A stretch of DNA of 64,000 nucleotides. Origin: Octopus sinensis (lineage: Eukaryota). Under the pieces are notes generated by a model that was not told the DNA's origin, did not search any database, and worked only from the letters and a program-made list of their open reading frames with translations. Positions 1-13,699 of this stretch are shown here, in pieces (position 1 is the stretch's first letter; every line of letters starts with the position of its first letter). The position numbers and the translations under genes were made by a program. Location: positions 124,001 to 188,000 of the forward strand of contig NW_021833473.1 in assembly GCF_006345805.1 (NCBI RefSeq), written 5' to 3'.

Positions 1-1560
1 GCATTAATCGTGTTGTTAAAGTTAGCAGAAGACCAGTGTAGACAACTAAAAATTGATGAGTTCAAACTTCATAGTATATGTCCTTTTGTTTTGTAACTGA
101 TTACGATGTGGTTTCATGTGAATTTGCTTGGAATTTACTAAAAGGGTGACCAACTACACAGTTACAGAACTGATAGAATTTGTTCAAACTTGCTTCCACG
201 ATACCAGAATGACACAAGCTCGAAACGGGAATTATCACTGGATGTATCATTTCAGCAACCTTTTCACCCTTGCAATGATCGTGTCGTTAAGTTAGCAGAA
301 GACCAGTGTAGACAACTACAAATTGATGAGTTGAAACTTCATAGTATATGTCCTTTTGTTTTGTAACTGATTACGATGTGGTGTCATGTAAATTTGCTTG
401 GAATTTACTAAAAGGGTGACCAACTACACAGTTTCAGAACTACTGGAATTTGTTCAAACTGAGAATCAACCGTATCGATCTCTCTAGTCAATTTAGGTCA
501 TGTAAAACGTAATCCATACATTTCTTCCTTGCCTGATAAGTTCATAATAAAATAGAAACCATAATTACCACCCGTTGACGAGGGACAAAAATCCCGAAAC
601 TAGTTCGAGCGTATCACTCAGGCTTGCGAGGAAGGGATGGCCTCCCTTTGCAAATACTCCAAGGGCACTGATATTGTGTCTAAAGCCAGCTAGAGACGAC
701 GATCTCTTGGGGCTATAAAGCTACAGTAACACCCCCTCCCCAATGTGGTTAGCCATGATAAGATGGCTTCTATACTTTACAAAATAGAAACCGTTGTTTC
801 AATAATATCATATGGGCCTAAAATGAGTGTAATTTTTAGAAGAAAAAGATAAAAGAATTGAAGCTGTTGAACATACTGCTGTCGTCTATGCGTTAGTCAT
901 GCATGGACTGGTTTATGCACAAGGAAATTATTTTGGCAAGATACAATTCCACTCGGAAAAATTTGCGACGGCGCTAGTGTAAATTTACTGTTAAAACTGC
1001 TGTTCACACCAATAGATATATTGCCGCGAATAAGGCAAGTAACATCACTAATTTCCCTGGACCTTACTATTTCATCTTTCGCTCGCTAACACACTTCACG
1101 CAGCCGTTGCTCATCACAAAATAGAAGTCCGTAACTATACATCATTGACTTCTCGTAATTCTGAGAAATAGCAAATGTAATAATTTGATATGGGCCTCAA
1201 AAATGAGAGTAATTTCCAGTAGTAGTTACTTGCATTCAAGTATCTTAACTTGACCTGAAAAATACATAACAAAAAGATAAAGAATCTAGTAGCCGAATAT
1301 GCAGTCATGTGTATGGTATGCATGAACTGATACATGCAATAAAGACGGCATTTTATCAAGATAAATATCAGTTTCAATAAAGTAACCCTCTCATGTTAAT
1401 GAAGGAGCTGGTATAAAGTTACGACTAAAAAAAGTAGTTCGTGCAAATAGATATATTGCCGTGAATAAGGCAAGTTGTATCACTAACCATCCTGGATCGT
1501 CATCTTTCTCTCGCTAAATACACTTCACGAAGCAGCAACTCTTCACAAATATGGAAGTCA
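1..1560 (+). repeat. Unclassified locus repeat, internally duplicated (1-190 ~ 270-460; 790-1135 ~ 1180-1565)
   Basis: Reverse-complement homologues at about 43180-43860, 46050-46450, 51195-51650 and 52310-52530, e.g. gagaatcaac...aatttaggtcatgt...ccttgcctgataag. Confidence 0.7.
561..780 (+). mobile_element. Short insertion with 12-bp target-site duplication, carrying a degenerate hammerhead-like motif
   Basis: aaaatagaaacc occurs at 549-560 and 781-792. Homologous repeat copies (~43465 and ~51390) lack the insert. Internal motif ttgacga-ggga-caaaaa-tccc-gaaa-ctag-tt at 575-605. Confidence 0.6.
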
Positions 1561-1733
1561 GTAAGTATATTTTATTGGCTTTTCGTAATTATATATATAT
1601 TGCCTACAATATTTTTGACGGTTCTATGACTCTTTGTTTTTGCAAATACACATCTACAATTCGCTGGATAATGTGTTACTAGACTTCCAAATGTCTCTTC
1701 CACCAGTTCATGGAAGTCTAGTTGAGTTCCGGA

Positions 1734-1822
<89 letters not shown>

Positions 1823-1846
1823 ATGTGTGTGTGTATGTGTGATGTA

Positions 1847-2000
1847 TAGCCAATATAAAACTCTGAGTTTCCGATGCCGAAGTGGAAATGCACAACACCA
1901 TCTCTTCGGTTATCTGGCCATCTGAAAAACCAGATAACCGAAGAGATGGTGTTGTGGATTTCCACCTCAGCATCCGAAACTCAGAGTTTTATCTTGGCTA
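1847..2000. repeat. Long hairpin/fold-back (~70-bp arms, 12-nt loop)
   Basis: tagccaatataaaactctgagtttc...ccatctcttcggttatctgg pairs with ccagataaccgaagagatgg...gaaactcagagttttatcttggcta. Confidence 0.8.
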
Positions 2001-2026
2001 CCGAATAATGTCACATATTATTTTAC

Positions 2027-2093
<67 letters not shown>

Positions 2094-2099
2094 AAATGG

Positions 2100-3273
2100 A
2101 AGAGCTTATAGAGTAACCTACTGCGGACGACATACAAATCTCTGGTCGGAACAAAGTTTCTGCCACACCAGGTGTGACATGGTGGTGGAACAGTGAGATC
2201 ACAACTCAGAAATGACAAGTTTGGTAAAAGTGGAACAATGGGGATAGCAAAGAACCATATCAGGTAGCTGGAAAAAAACATACGCAGTAGGTTTGTTTAG
2301 CAGGAGCAGAAGCAGAAAAGAAGTTTACCAATGTCCTACGATGTGATAATCAGAGATGAGAGGTGTTCCAGTTCTGTAGAGATTGCATCAGAGAGCATCA
2401 TGCAGTTGTAGACGATAAGTGTTTACTTATGAATCAGATGGAAAATGGTCTGGTGGCACTAAATGATTCCAAGAAGGAAGAATCGTGTAATTGCCACTAT
2501 GTATCGTTGCTAAATGTGGAGAATGCATGGAAGAAGAAAACTCTTCCTAATATGGATCTAACTGAGGAACCAGCCACCAGAGCTGACAGCAGTATGATAG
2601 ATAAAGTAATTAAGAACATGAAGAGAGGAAAAGCCCCTGGGACATCGGGAATTACCACTGAGATGCTTAATATATCTGCCAGAGTAAGATGCTGTCTAGT
2701 TAATCACGTTATTCAAGAAGTTGTCATCCCCAATGACTGGCGTAAGATTATTATAGTCACCTGTTAGAAGGGCAAAGGATACGCCTTGGATAGAAGTATC
2801 AAATTACTGGATTAGATCATGAAAGTTACAGAAAGAGTTGTAACCCAATTAATTAATTAGAGAGAATTAGAATAGATAAAATACAGTTTGGTTTAGTGTT
2901 GGGTAGCAGTACGGCTGATGCTATCTTCTTAGTCCGAAAACTGTAGATGTATTTAGCTAAGATGTATTTATTCTTAGCATTTGCTGACCTTGATAAAGCC
3001 GTCTAAAGTGTCCCTCACTCTGTGATATGGTGTCTCTAAAGAATTGGGATATTTCAATGGCTTGTGAAAACTTTACAATCATTGTGCAGCGGTGCTATCA
3101 GGGAGGTGAGAGTTAGCTATGAGTTCAGTCACGAATTTACTGAGCGGGTTAACGTTCACCAGGGCTCTGTTCTCAGTTTCCTCCAATTCATAATTGTCCC
3201 CCAGGCCATAACAGAAAAATTTGAGACCGGCTGTCCCCGAGAACTACAATATGCTGATAACCTCGTTCTCTGA
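2100..3273 (+). mobile_element. Decayed RTE-clade LINE reverse transcriptase fragment
   Basis: Motifs MKRGKAPGTSGITTEML, VHQGSVLSFLQFIIV and ELQYADNLVL, with stops and frameshifts. Confidence 0.8.
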
Positions 3274-3597
3274 ATAAGGGTTGTTTAAGGGTATTGAACG
3301 AAACACCCATGTTTCCAAAGGTGAATTATTGAAACACCAAATAATTCCTCTCAATACATGGCTATGACGCTCCCCCCACTATTTCTGCTTGTGATCCGAG
3401 ATGCACATATCGTCAGCCATCGAGGGACATGCTCAACTGGTTAAGGTCAAATACCTGTCAAGCAAATCTATGGTACTGAGCAGAATATTTCCTGTAAACC
3501 ATCTTTTATACCAAGACAAAGCAATGTACACGATAACACTTCCAACCCGTTAAAATCAGAAGCCATGAGAGCCACTGTCTGGTACTGCATCAGGGCA

Positions 3598-3691
3598 TTT
3601 ATTATTATTATCATTATTATCATCATTATTAGTACCATGGCCAATGAGATAAATCCGAGGCGTGGTTATTGCTAGTTGAAAATTATTATTA

Positions 3692-3769
<78 letters not shown>

Positions 3770-3856
3770 TTATTATTATTATCATCATCATCATCATCAT
3801 CATTATTTTTATTATTATTATTATTATTATTATTGTTGTTGTTGTTGTTGTTATTG

Positions 3857-3945
<89 letters not shown>
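3598..3945. repeat. (TAT)n/(CAT)n/(TGT)n trinucleotide microsatellite
   Basis: Direct reading. An equivalent (TAA)n tract precedes the paralogous exon of gene B (35290-35510). Confidence 0.95.
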
Positions 3946-3947
<2 letters not shown>

Positions 3948-4024
3948 TTGTCGTTACATTATCATTGTTGTCATCTTTACCAATCCTTGGTGATTGTTGT
4001 TTTTTTGTTTCCTTCCCTTTTCAG

Positions 4025-4135
4025 ATTCAAAATCCAGTAAGGCCATATGTTGAAGATAATTTGAATACAGCAATTCTTGCAACCTTATGCTGCTTTTTTC
4101 CAACTGGCGTTGCTGCTATTATGTTTGCGTCTAGA
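4025..4135 (+). CDS. CD225/dispanin (IFITM/PRRT-like) gene A, internal exon encoding the intramembrane helix with CC motif
   Basis: Polypyrimidine tract ...ccttcccttttcag acceptor and gtaagt donor, phase 0/0. Translates IQNPVRPYVEDNLNTAILATLCCFFPTGVAAIMFASR, the CD225 pattern CC-x-x-P-x-G-x-x-A-I-x-(F/Y). Paralogous to exons 35093-35203 and 61711-61815. Confidence 0.9.
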
Positions 4136-4195
4136 GTAAGTAAAATATGAATATTCTTTGCAAGAAATTCTCTTAATATCCGTATATTTCAAATT

Positions 4196-4550
4196 TTGGT
4201 TTGTTGGCATCCTTTTTGTCTCTGGAGACAATGGAGTTGCGCATAAAGTAGTCTAGTCCGGCTTTTATATTTCATGTCCTGATACATTTCCTGCTGTGGC
4301 TGTGTAGTCCTATCCTGGACAAACACTCCCTCTGGCAGGTACCGCAAATGTAGCGAAGACTGTTCCTGGCTGGTTGTAATGTCATAGTTTCTTGTTGACG
4401 TCTTTTCTTGTCTTTCCATTTCTCCTCTCTCTCTGTCACTCCTTTGTATTCCCTCTCTTACGGTACGTCGCCAGTCTCCACGGTTTCCGGCAACTGCCTC
4501 CCAACCGCTAATATTGATGTTGCAGGCCTTCATGTCCCTTTTGCAAACAT
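4196..4550 (-). mobile_element. RTE-BovB-like LINE 3' end fragment
   Basis: VCKRDMKACNINISGWEAVAGNRGDWRRTVREG. Closely similar to 7575-7935. Confidence 0.8.
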
Positions 4551-5245
4551 TTTCATACATTGTAGACGTAACCTAGGCAGGTTTTTCAAATTTTAGTGTA
4601 AAGAATAATGTAAAGGACCAATGTTTCACTTGTGTAAAAGTCATGTTTTTCATAAGTTTTTTGGTTTATTAATATCATTCTTCATAAAACAAATGATTGA
4701 TTATATCTGGTATTAAAGTGCCATGCCACGAGTTTACTGTAGATATTTTGTTGTCACGAACTGACCGGTATAGACTCTTCCACAAGAGACACGTTTCTCG
4801 TATGTTTGCGATGGATGAAAGGCTTATGGGAGACCCGATGTTTGCTACACGTAAATGAACTAACGACCGTCCCTGTTTTTTTCTCTTTGATCATGAGCCA
4901 AAATCCCTGGCTGCTAAACCACGCGCATTCATACGCCCGCGTGCATATGTGTCCCGGCGAAATTTGAAAATTTTTATGTTGGCCTATTTCAAGAATTGCT
5001 CGATGCGCTGGTGGACAGTCAACGGCATTGAAGTTATAGCTGAAGTTGAGAAAATGTTATCTGACATGGAAGAATGGAAACCGCCTGAATATCGGAAAAG
5101 AGTTACCTGTGATTTCTGTTGTTCTATTGTCCTGATCTGTAACTTGTAAAGGCCTTGTGCTCAGTGTCTGAAGATTATTTGGAGACATCAGCTATTTTGT
5201 AAAAAATAACCTGCCTAGGTTACGTCTACAATGTATGAAAATGTT
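4546..5245. mobile_element. Non-autonomous DNA transposon/MITE-like element with 38-bp perfect terminal inverted repeats
   Basis: aacattttcatacattgtagacgtaacctaggcaggtt (4546-4583) is the reverse complement of 5208-5245. An internal segment recurs at ~22236-22330. Confidence 0.65.
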
Positions 5246-6680
5246 AGTAGCATATAACTATACACTGTATACATTAAGCGACATTTATTTCTCACTAGAG
5301 GGACTACTCCTTTTGTTGATCCACTGTTATTTTCTGGTTTAATTTCTTGTAGTCAATTTTATGCATATAGCATTCTAGGTTATTAGAAACGAACGAAAAG
5401 GGCACTTGGTAGGAGTTACATGTAATAATTTAAACGGACTTGGTAGGCGTTACATGTATTAATTTAGACGGTTTGATTTGGTATCATGCGACTTAAAGTT
5501 TCGTATATCCGGTGACATATATCGCCATACTGTTGTTGACATCTAGTATCTGAATATTGTGAAGCGGGATTTAAGCATCATATTATAAGTAGTATATTTC
5601 TGTTAGAGGCCTGCGAAACTTTAAGTCGCACAGAGGCGAATCAAACTATTTTAAATCACACACACACACTCACACACACATAAGCACACACGCACACATA
5701 AACACATACATACAAGCATTCATACGTACATACACACACACACATGCACACACACATATATAGAGAAAGTTGGGGTGAGAGGTGAGAGAGAAAGAAAGAG
5801 AGAGGATATATACAGCATAGCATCCATATGCTAGATTATTTGTTTTAATGAAATTAAAAGTCAACGTAAATGTCCGATTGTCTTGGGTTTTATATTCATT
5901 TTCTATATTTTATGATTTTATTTCAGAGTGTTTTATTATCGGCGCATTACACTTCACTTGTTTCCTTAATTTTATTTTCGATTCTTTGTATACCTTATTT
6001 TACCGCTAATATGAAAGGAATTCTCCATCAAATCTTCGTTCTTTATGAACGTGCATAGTACGCTACAATTGGCATATTGTATTGCAACAGAAATAAGCGC
6101 AACTGCAAATAAAAAACGAATTACATTTTGAAACGTCACCTAAGGAGACAGATCTGACCTACAATGCGCCACAACTGTTTGCACAAGATCTCACTTAGAA
6201 GGTACCAGTGCATAATAGGTCGAAAAGATCGTAGTAAATAAACTCTTGCGAAGCCAATTTTCTTTCTATCATAATTTTTAGAAACTCTACAGATACAGAG
6301 GGATTCTTGAAGTAAATCTAATAAAATATTCCACCATACCGTTGTTGACATCGGGTAACCGTGTACTGTGAATAGGCTTTAAACAGCATGCTACAAGGTG
6401 TATAACCGAAATTAAAAATTAATGTGGTTGTATGGTAAGAAGCTTGCTTTCCAACCACATGGTTTGGGGTTCTGTCCTACTGCATGGCGCCTTGGGCAAG
6501 TGCCTTCTGGTATAGCCTAGGGTTGATCAAAGACTTGTGAGTCGATTTAGGGGACGGAAATTGAAAGAAGCCCGTCGTGTAAATAAAATTTAACAACGCG
6601 AGGACGCGATACATGGAAAGCATTAGCAGACGCTCAGGGAAGGAAAGGAAAGTAGTTTTACGTTTCAAGCATATATAAAC

Positions 6681-6757
<77 letters not shown>

Positions 6758-6788
6758 GCATATATATGTTATATATATATATATATAT

Positions 6789-7503
6789 ATATATGTGTAT
6801 ATTGGCAGGGCTGGCCTGCTAGGTAGCCGGCCAGAATGCTAGAAATAGATCATCAACGATCAAACTACAAGGGAAATTCTCTAGAGGAAGAATTCAGCGA
6901 ACACCAGAACCAAATTTGGCGGGCAGGACATATGAAAAATTAAATAAAAGACAGACTTAAATGCATACCTCGGTTTCGGTCTTAACAAAAGAATTACTTG
7001 CATAATTCAAGTGTCCGTGACTCTTCAGTACATTCGGTCCTCGAGATGCAAACCGCAAGACTAACCCCAGCTCTCTGTGTCAAGACAGACACGTGCTTAG
7101 TCTTACTGATTACATCGGGAATAAAATTTCAAATGTCTTGGTTCCGGCGCGCTAAGAGACTCCTGAAGCGAAGGGCTGCAGTGAATAATTCACTGCGGGT
7201 AAAGCTTACTACTAGGGAACGTATTTATTTAAATATTTAAAAATTGAGGGAGATAAATTAATATTAATTTTAATATTTTAATATTTTAATATTTTCTGGT
7301 GTTCGCTGAATTCTTCCTCTAGAGAATTTCCCTTGTAGTTTGATCGTTGATGATCTATTTCTAGCATTCTGGCCGGCTACCTAGCAGGCCAGCCCTGCCA
7401 ATATACACATATATTTGAATTTTCTCTGACTCCTCAGATTTTTTGAATGCTGGACTACTGGTTTTAAATTGATATTAAAATTAATATTAATTTATCTCCC
7501 TCA

Positions 7504-7507
<4 letters not shown>
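6789..7507. mobile_element. Penelope-like non-autonomous element with ~120-bp perfect inverted repeats
   Basis: 6789-6909 is the reverse complement of 7294-7414, with a second inverted pair at ~7240-7272 and 7476-7506. It encloses a hammerhead motif and is embedded in (TA)n. Confidence 0.65.
6958..7036 (-). ncRNA. Type I hammerhead ribozyme-like motif
   Basis: gaatgta-CTGAAGA-gtc...gacc-GAAA-ccgagg-TA-tgcattt. Stem I has 7 bp including two G-U pairs, the cleavage triplet is GUA, and stem II is imperfect. Confidence 0.6.
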
Positions 7508-7560
<53 letters not shown>

Positions 7561-7572
7561 ATATATATATAT

Positions 7573-9137
7573 GGTTTGGCATCCTTTCTGTCTCGGGAGA
7601 CAATGGAGTTGCGCATTTTTTTTTTTTTTCTCTAGGTCTAGTCCGGCTGTTATATTTTATTTCCTGTTACATTTCTTGCTGTGGCTGTGTAGTCCTATCC
7701 TGGATAAACACTCCCTCTGGCAGGTACTGCAAATGTAGCGAAGACTGTTCCTGGCTGGTTGTAGTGCCATGGTCTCTTGTTTATGTCTCTTCCTTTTTCC
7801 ATTTCTCCTCTCTCTTTCTGTCACTCCTCTGTATACCCTCTTTTACTGTACGTCGCCATTCTCCACGGTTGCCGGCGACTGCCTCCCAACCGCTAATGTT
7901 GATGTTGCAGGCCTTCATATCCCTTTGCAAACATCCTTGTAACGTAAGATCGGTCTACCCACAGACCTAGTACCCCTAGCAAGCTCTCCGTAGAGTATGT
8001 CCTTGGGGATTCTGCCATCTTTCATACGGCTAACATGCCCAAGCCATCTCATACGTCTTTGTGTGAGGAGTGCAAACATGCTTGGTATTCCTGCTTGCCT
8101 GAGGACATCTTTGTTGGGGATATGATTCTGCCATTTGATGTGGAGGATTTTTCGGAGGCAGCGCAGGTGTGAAAGATGTTTAGGCGACGCTCTTGGCGTG
8201 TGTATAGCGTCCAGGTCTCGCTTCCATACAGTAGAGTGCTGAGTACACATGCCTGGTAGATCTTCATTTTTGTGGTCTTGGTCAGCTTATTGTTGTCCCA
8301 GCCCGTTTGGAGAGTTGGGCCATCGCAGCAGCTGCCTTGCAATGCGTATATTGAGCTCAGCGTCAAGGGATAGGTTGTAGGTGACGGTAGAGCCCAGATA
8401 GGTAAACTTCCCACCTCTTGTAATCTGTGGTCTCCAATATGTATGTTTGGGATGTCCGATGTAGCCTGGCCCATGATGTTGGTCTTCTTAAGGCTGATAG
8501 CTAAGCCAAAGTCGTTACATGCTTGCTCAAAACAGTTAATGAGCCTTTGGAGGGCTTCTTCTGGTGTGTTACCAGAGCAGCATCATCAGCAAATAACATC
8601 TCCTTGATCAGGACGTTTCTGATTTGGTCTTGGCACGCAGGCGCGAGAGATTGAACAGTTTCCCGTCACTTCTACTGTGCAGAGAAACACTCCATCATCT
8701 GATGTCTGAAAGGCATGTGACAGCAAGAGTGAGAAGAAGATGCCAAACAATGTAGGAGCGAGGACACAGCCTTGCTTTACCCCGTTTTTTATTTGGAAGG
8801 CGGCTGATGTTGAACCGTTGTGCTGTATGGTGCCTTGCATGTCATCATGGAAAGACTTGATGATCCTCAGCAGCTTTGGTGGACATCCGATTTTTTGGAG
8901 CAGGAGAGGAAGAGGCCTGTTCTGCTTACCGAGTCAAAAAACTTTGTTAGATCAATGAAGGCCATATATAATGGCATTTTCTGCTCTCTGGACTTCTCCT
9001 GAAGTTGGCGTATGGAGAATATCATATCGATAGTTGATCTGCTTCTTCTAAAGCCACACTGCGATTCCGGATAGATTCGAGAAGCAAGTAGTTGTAGCCT
9101 GGCCAGGATAACGCGGGCAAAGGTCTTTCCAACAGTG
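7573..9137 (-). mobile_element. RTE-BovB-like LINE, 5'-truncated, frameshifted
   Basis: [64 protein letters not shown] and RMRWLGHVSRM. Confidence 0.92.
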
Positions 9138-9216
9138 CTTATATATATATACACGGATATTTATAGGTATATATATGTTATATATATATGGATATCTATA
9201 TGTATACACACACACA

Positions 9217-9258
<42 letters not shown>

Positions 9259-9287
9259 CATACATATATATATATATATCTATATAC

Positions 9288-9318
<31 letters not shown>

Positions 9319-9800
9319 CGGATATATATATATGTATATACATACGCGCACATATATACACACACGCATATACACACACACACAATATATATATATATAT
9401 AAACACACGTACACACACACATATACACACATACACACACACACACAAACATATATATACCGATATTGATGGCAAGCACCACACCCGCAACCCTAGCACT
9501 ACAACCAGAATTAACCAAGATACGACAAACATCCCCGCTTCCTTTAAAGGTCGAAGTGTAGCTGAGGCAAATGTTGATATTAACATCACCACTAATACTA
9601 ATACTAATAACTCTAATACGACGACGACGGCCATCACCACCACCACCACCGCCACCACAACCACCACCACCACCACCACCAACAACAACAATACTACTAC
9701 TACTGCTACTACTACTACTAGTGTTATCGATAATAATACCATTACTACTACTAATAACATTGATAGTAATAATAATAATAACAGCAATAATAATTATTGG
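9138..9800. repeat. Compound microsatellite (TA)n/(CA)n followed by (ACC)n/(ACT)n/(AAT)n
   Basis: Direct reading. Confidence 0.9.
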
Positions 9801-9929
9801 AGCCAATCCCCTAATAACACCCTTAATTTCGACATAAATAGTACTGCATCTTCCTTTTCTACTAATAACATTCGTAGAACAGTTAGCTGTAACTGCTGGT
9901 CCACTACTGAATGCCTGTTGCAAGACCAC

Positions 9930-10250
9930 TGCAGAAGGTTTAATGTAGTATACAAATGCACGGTCCACAACATAGTGCATAATTCTACTTACTACTATAT
10001 CGGATCTACTATTAATTTTAAACATACATTTTCCACATATAAACTCATTTAAATATGAGAAGTATGGCAAACTCTACCTCCCTTGCCACCCATATGCACC
10101 ACCTAATAAATAGTAAAGTACCATATAGGATATCCTGGGTGATAATAGATTTCACAGTCCATGCCAAGGCCAACGATCCCCTTGTGGACTATGCCTAAAA
10201 GAAACCTTCCAAATATCAATGCATAATTCACCGCAATTACTAAATAAACA
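9930..10250 (+). mobile_element. Penelope-like GIY-YIG endonuclease remnant
   Basis: [10 protein letters not shown]...[12 protein letters not shown] pattern. Confidence 0.45.
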
Positions 10251-10376
10251 ACACGAAGCCTTTTCTACATGGTGTCACAGGTTCTATCACACCTTTATAT
10301 TCATCCATAGGCCTAAATGCAAACAAAATCAACACACACAACACATCCATCCACGGCCGTTACAACGTATATATAT

Positions 10377-10412
<36 letters not shown>

Positions 10413-10435
10413 AATATATGTTGTGTGTGTTTGTG

Positions 10436-10479
<44 letters not shown>

Positions 10480-10496
10480 ATAATAAATATATATAT

Positions 10497-10562
<66 letters not shown>

Positions 10563-11160
10563 TATATACTCTTTCTTCTTTTTCCCCTTAGCTCTCTATC
10601 AACATAGAAATATCTTAGAAACTAGCTAGTTTGAACTCAATGGCTTTAGCTTTTTTAGTTTTTAGGTTTTAGCTTTCTTAGTTTGTAATTTTAAGTTTAG
10701 GTTTTAAATTTTAATTTTTCATTTTAATTTTAAGTTTTAGCTTTAATTCTTAATCATTTATCTCGTATTATTTTATTGCTATTAAGCTTGAAATATATTT
10801 TACCCTTTTACCCCTACCTTATTTTCATTCATTTCTCTTATCTCTCCCCCCCCTTATATACCCATTCATAAAACCTATTTATATCTATCGAACTTTCTCA
10901 CTTTTTATACACTTTTACAATAGGAATACATCATTTAAAATACTGCCAAAATACCTGGGATTTTAACTAAAAACCTCTACCTTCATGAAAATACTGACGA
11001 ACATCCATATTCTCTGAAAAATGATGAGTTGTGAACATTATCCTCCTGCCTATATTCTTCTAACTACCCTTACTATTTATTCTTCTATTTTATTCCTTAT
11101 TAACTGTGAATTTTATTCCTTATAACTGTGAATTTTCCGTCTAAAAATATTCACATTTTA

Positions 11161-11235
11161 TCTCTGATGACGAAATATCGAGTGCGTGGACATGCTAACC
11201 AACCACTTGGATTATCTCAGAAACGGCTGTAAGGG
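11161..11235 (+). ncRNA. Hammerhead-like motif with long stem II (Penelope terminal-repeat remnant)
   Basis: CTGATGA-cgaaatatcgagtg...cacttggattatctca-GAAA-cggctg-TA. Stem I is weak. Confidence 0.45.
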
Positions 11236-11465
11236 TTCAAATTCATCTAACCCTAATTGAATTATTCTAAATGACTTGAGATCCTCGTTCTGCCATGGTA
11301 TTGATTTTTCCTCTAATAAAATATATACCCGTTATAATGGGACCCTAATACAGATTCCTAGATCCAGCCTCAGATGTGATCTTGGAACATAATGGTCGAC
11401 CAACTATAACGCTTATCTTCTTATATATATATATATATTATATATATATATATATTATATATATA

Positions 11466-11515
<50 letters not shown>

Positions 11516-11624
11516 ATAGTAAAGTGTGAAAAAACGACAGAAGGCTTAAATGTTAAAAAATATATATATTTGTGTCAAAATGTCTGGAGAATATTGGAAA
11601 AATTTTTTTTCCTTTCCTTAAAAT

Positions 11625-13664
11625 GACATAATTTTAAAAATTTTAAAAGAAATTACCGGTTTCGCGTGTAGCTTTTCAATTTCTTGTGACGTTATGTTAT
11701 ATTGCATGGAATTATCGTCGTTTTATTTCCAGGAGATTTCTAAATAAGGGGAGGTAGTGAGTGATTTTTTCCGGTGTAGGGGAGATAATCGCTTAAATTT
11801 TTTTTTTTTTTTTTCCCTTTTCCCTGTTAATTTCTCTGTGTCAGTATGTTCGGATGGTTGAGTCTGGGTTTGTACTTTTCAATGAAGAATGTTTCTTGTT
11901 CAGTCTCATTGTGTTGATGATCCGAAAGCACATGGAAAATGGGAAGATTAAAAATTGTGGCAGTAGTTGCTTTGCGCATTTCTCAATGTGCTCACTAAAA
12001 GGTATCATTCTATATGTGGGAATGCAATCTGTTGTCGATGCAGTGTGCATCTGCGCCTGGTGATAGTCCCGTGGAACCCACGTAGTCTTGGTGGCAGCCC
12101 GAGCATTTAATAACATAAATTATGTTTTCAGAGGCACAAGTAAAGTTAGATTTGATCTTAAATTCTGTCCCTTTTAAAGAAGAATTCTGATCCTTCCAAT
12201 AGGTTAGGACATGTTGCACAGTTCGATCTACCACATTTTTACTTTTGCATCCGTAATTTTAGAAGGCAATTTTGCCTTTGTGAGAATCTTTTAAGAGATT
12301 TAGGATTTTGTAGCTTTTAATGATTTGGTGTATGTTTAGAATTTCCTTTAATTTTGGGTTTTTATGAAGTATTGGTAAATTTGGGTGATGATGGTGAAGG
12401 CTTCTTTGTTTCTGGGGTTGTATGTAGTATGTAAGGTAGTATTTTCGGGGAGTGTGTTGTGTGGAACTTTTCTTAAAGTTTCTATGTTGATTTCTGTTGC
12501 ACGTCTGATCCCATCTCTATGAGTTGAGCTGGGGTAATGTCTGTCAATTAGGGTGTTTTGAGTTCTTGCAGTCTAAAGTTCCTGGTATTTTGTTCTGACA
12601 CTATTGTGCATATCCTTCTTGCAAGGTTGAAGTGGATGTTTTGTTTTAGTGTGTCTTGGGTGGCATGAATTAAAAAGAAGGTATTGTTTGGCGTCTGTGG
12701 CTTTGTAAAAAATGTCTGTTTCTATTTTAAGGTTAATTTTGTTAATTAGTATATCCAAGAACGGGAGCTCCTTTTGGTTGTATTCCATTGTGAACGTATA
12801 TTTGGGTTATGCTGTTCAATAGGTTTTTAAATTTTAGGAGTTTATCTATGTTTTCATTCCAGAGAATGAAACAATCGTCTAGGAATCGTTTCCAATTCTC
12901 TTTTATGTATTGAGAGAGGGAGTTTCCAAAGATTGATAGAGATTCTGGTAAATGATTATTTCCATGTATCCCATTGTTAAGTTCGCAATGACTGGTGCTG
13001 CCCTTGTACCCATAGCAACTCCGGATTTTTGACGGTAAAATGTATTGTCAAACATGAAGTGGTTATTGTGTAGGATGAATTCAATTGATTTAGTAATGAA
13101 TTCCTTACTGATCCTTTTTGGTATTTCTTCCGGAAATTGGTCTAACCAGAATTGTATTGCCTCCAGTCCATAATTATGAGGTATACTGGTATACAAGTTG
13201 ACTACATCAAATGAAACCAGGATTGTTTCTTCCTTGGTTTTTTTTGGGAGGTGGTTTAACATATCTAAGTCATCTCTGATATGGCTATCGATATGTTTAA
13301 AGAGGGACAGAAATTTAAGATCAAATCTAACTTTACTTGTGCCTCTGAAAACATAATTTATGTTATTATATGCTCGGGCTGCCACCAAGACTACGTGGGT
13401 TCCACGGGACTATCACTCAGGCGCAGATGCACACTGCATCGACAACAGATTGCATTCCCAGATATAGAATGATACTTTTAGTGAGCACATTGAGAAATGC
13501 GCAAAGCAACTACGGCCAAAATTTTTAATCTTCCCATTTTACCAATGTGCTTTCGGATCATCAACACAAATGAGACTGAACGGGAAACATTCTTCATTGA
13601 AAAGTACAAACCCAGACTCAACCATCCGAACATACTGACACAGAGAAATTAACAAGGAAAAAGG

Positions 13665-13699
<35 letters not shown>

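Noticed and set aside
3556-4040. Poly-N/poly-I/poly-Y/poly-L ORFs, and similar YI/CV/TH-repeat ORFs throughout the window
   Set aside because: They are translations of (TAT)n, (TA)n, (CA)n and (CATA)n microsatellites. The 3692..4150 ORF is real only over 4025-4135.
9048-10070. 340-aa and 305-aa long ORFs
   Set aside because: Open only because they cross stop-free compound microsatellites. No domain apart from a short GIY-YIG remnant.
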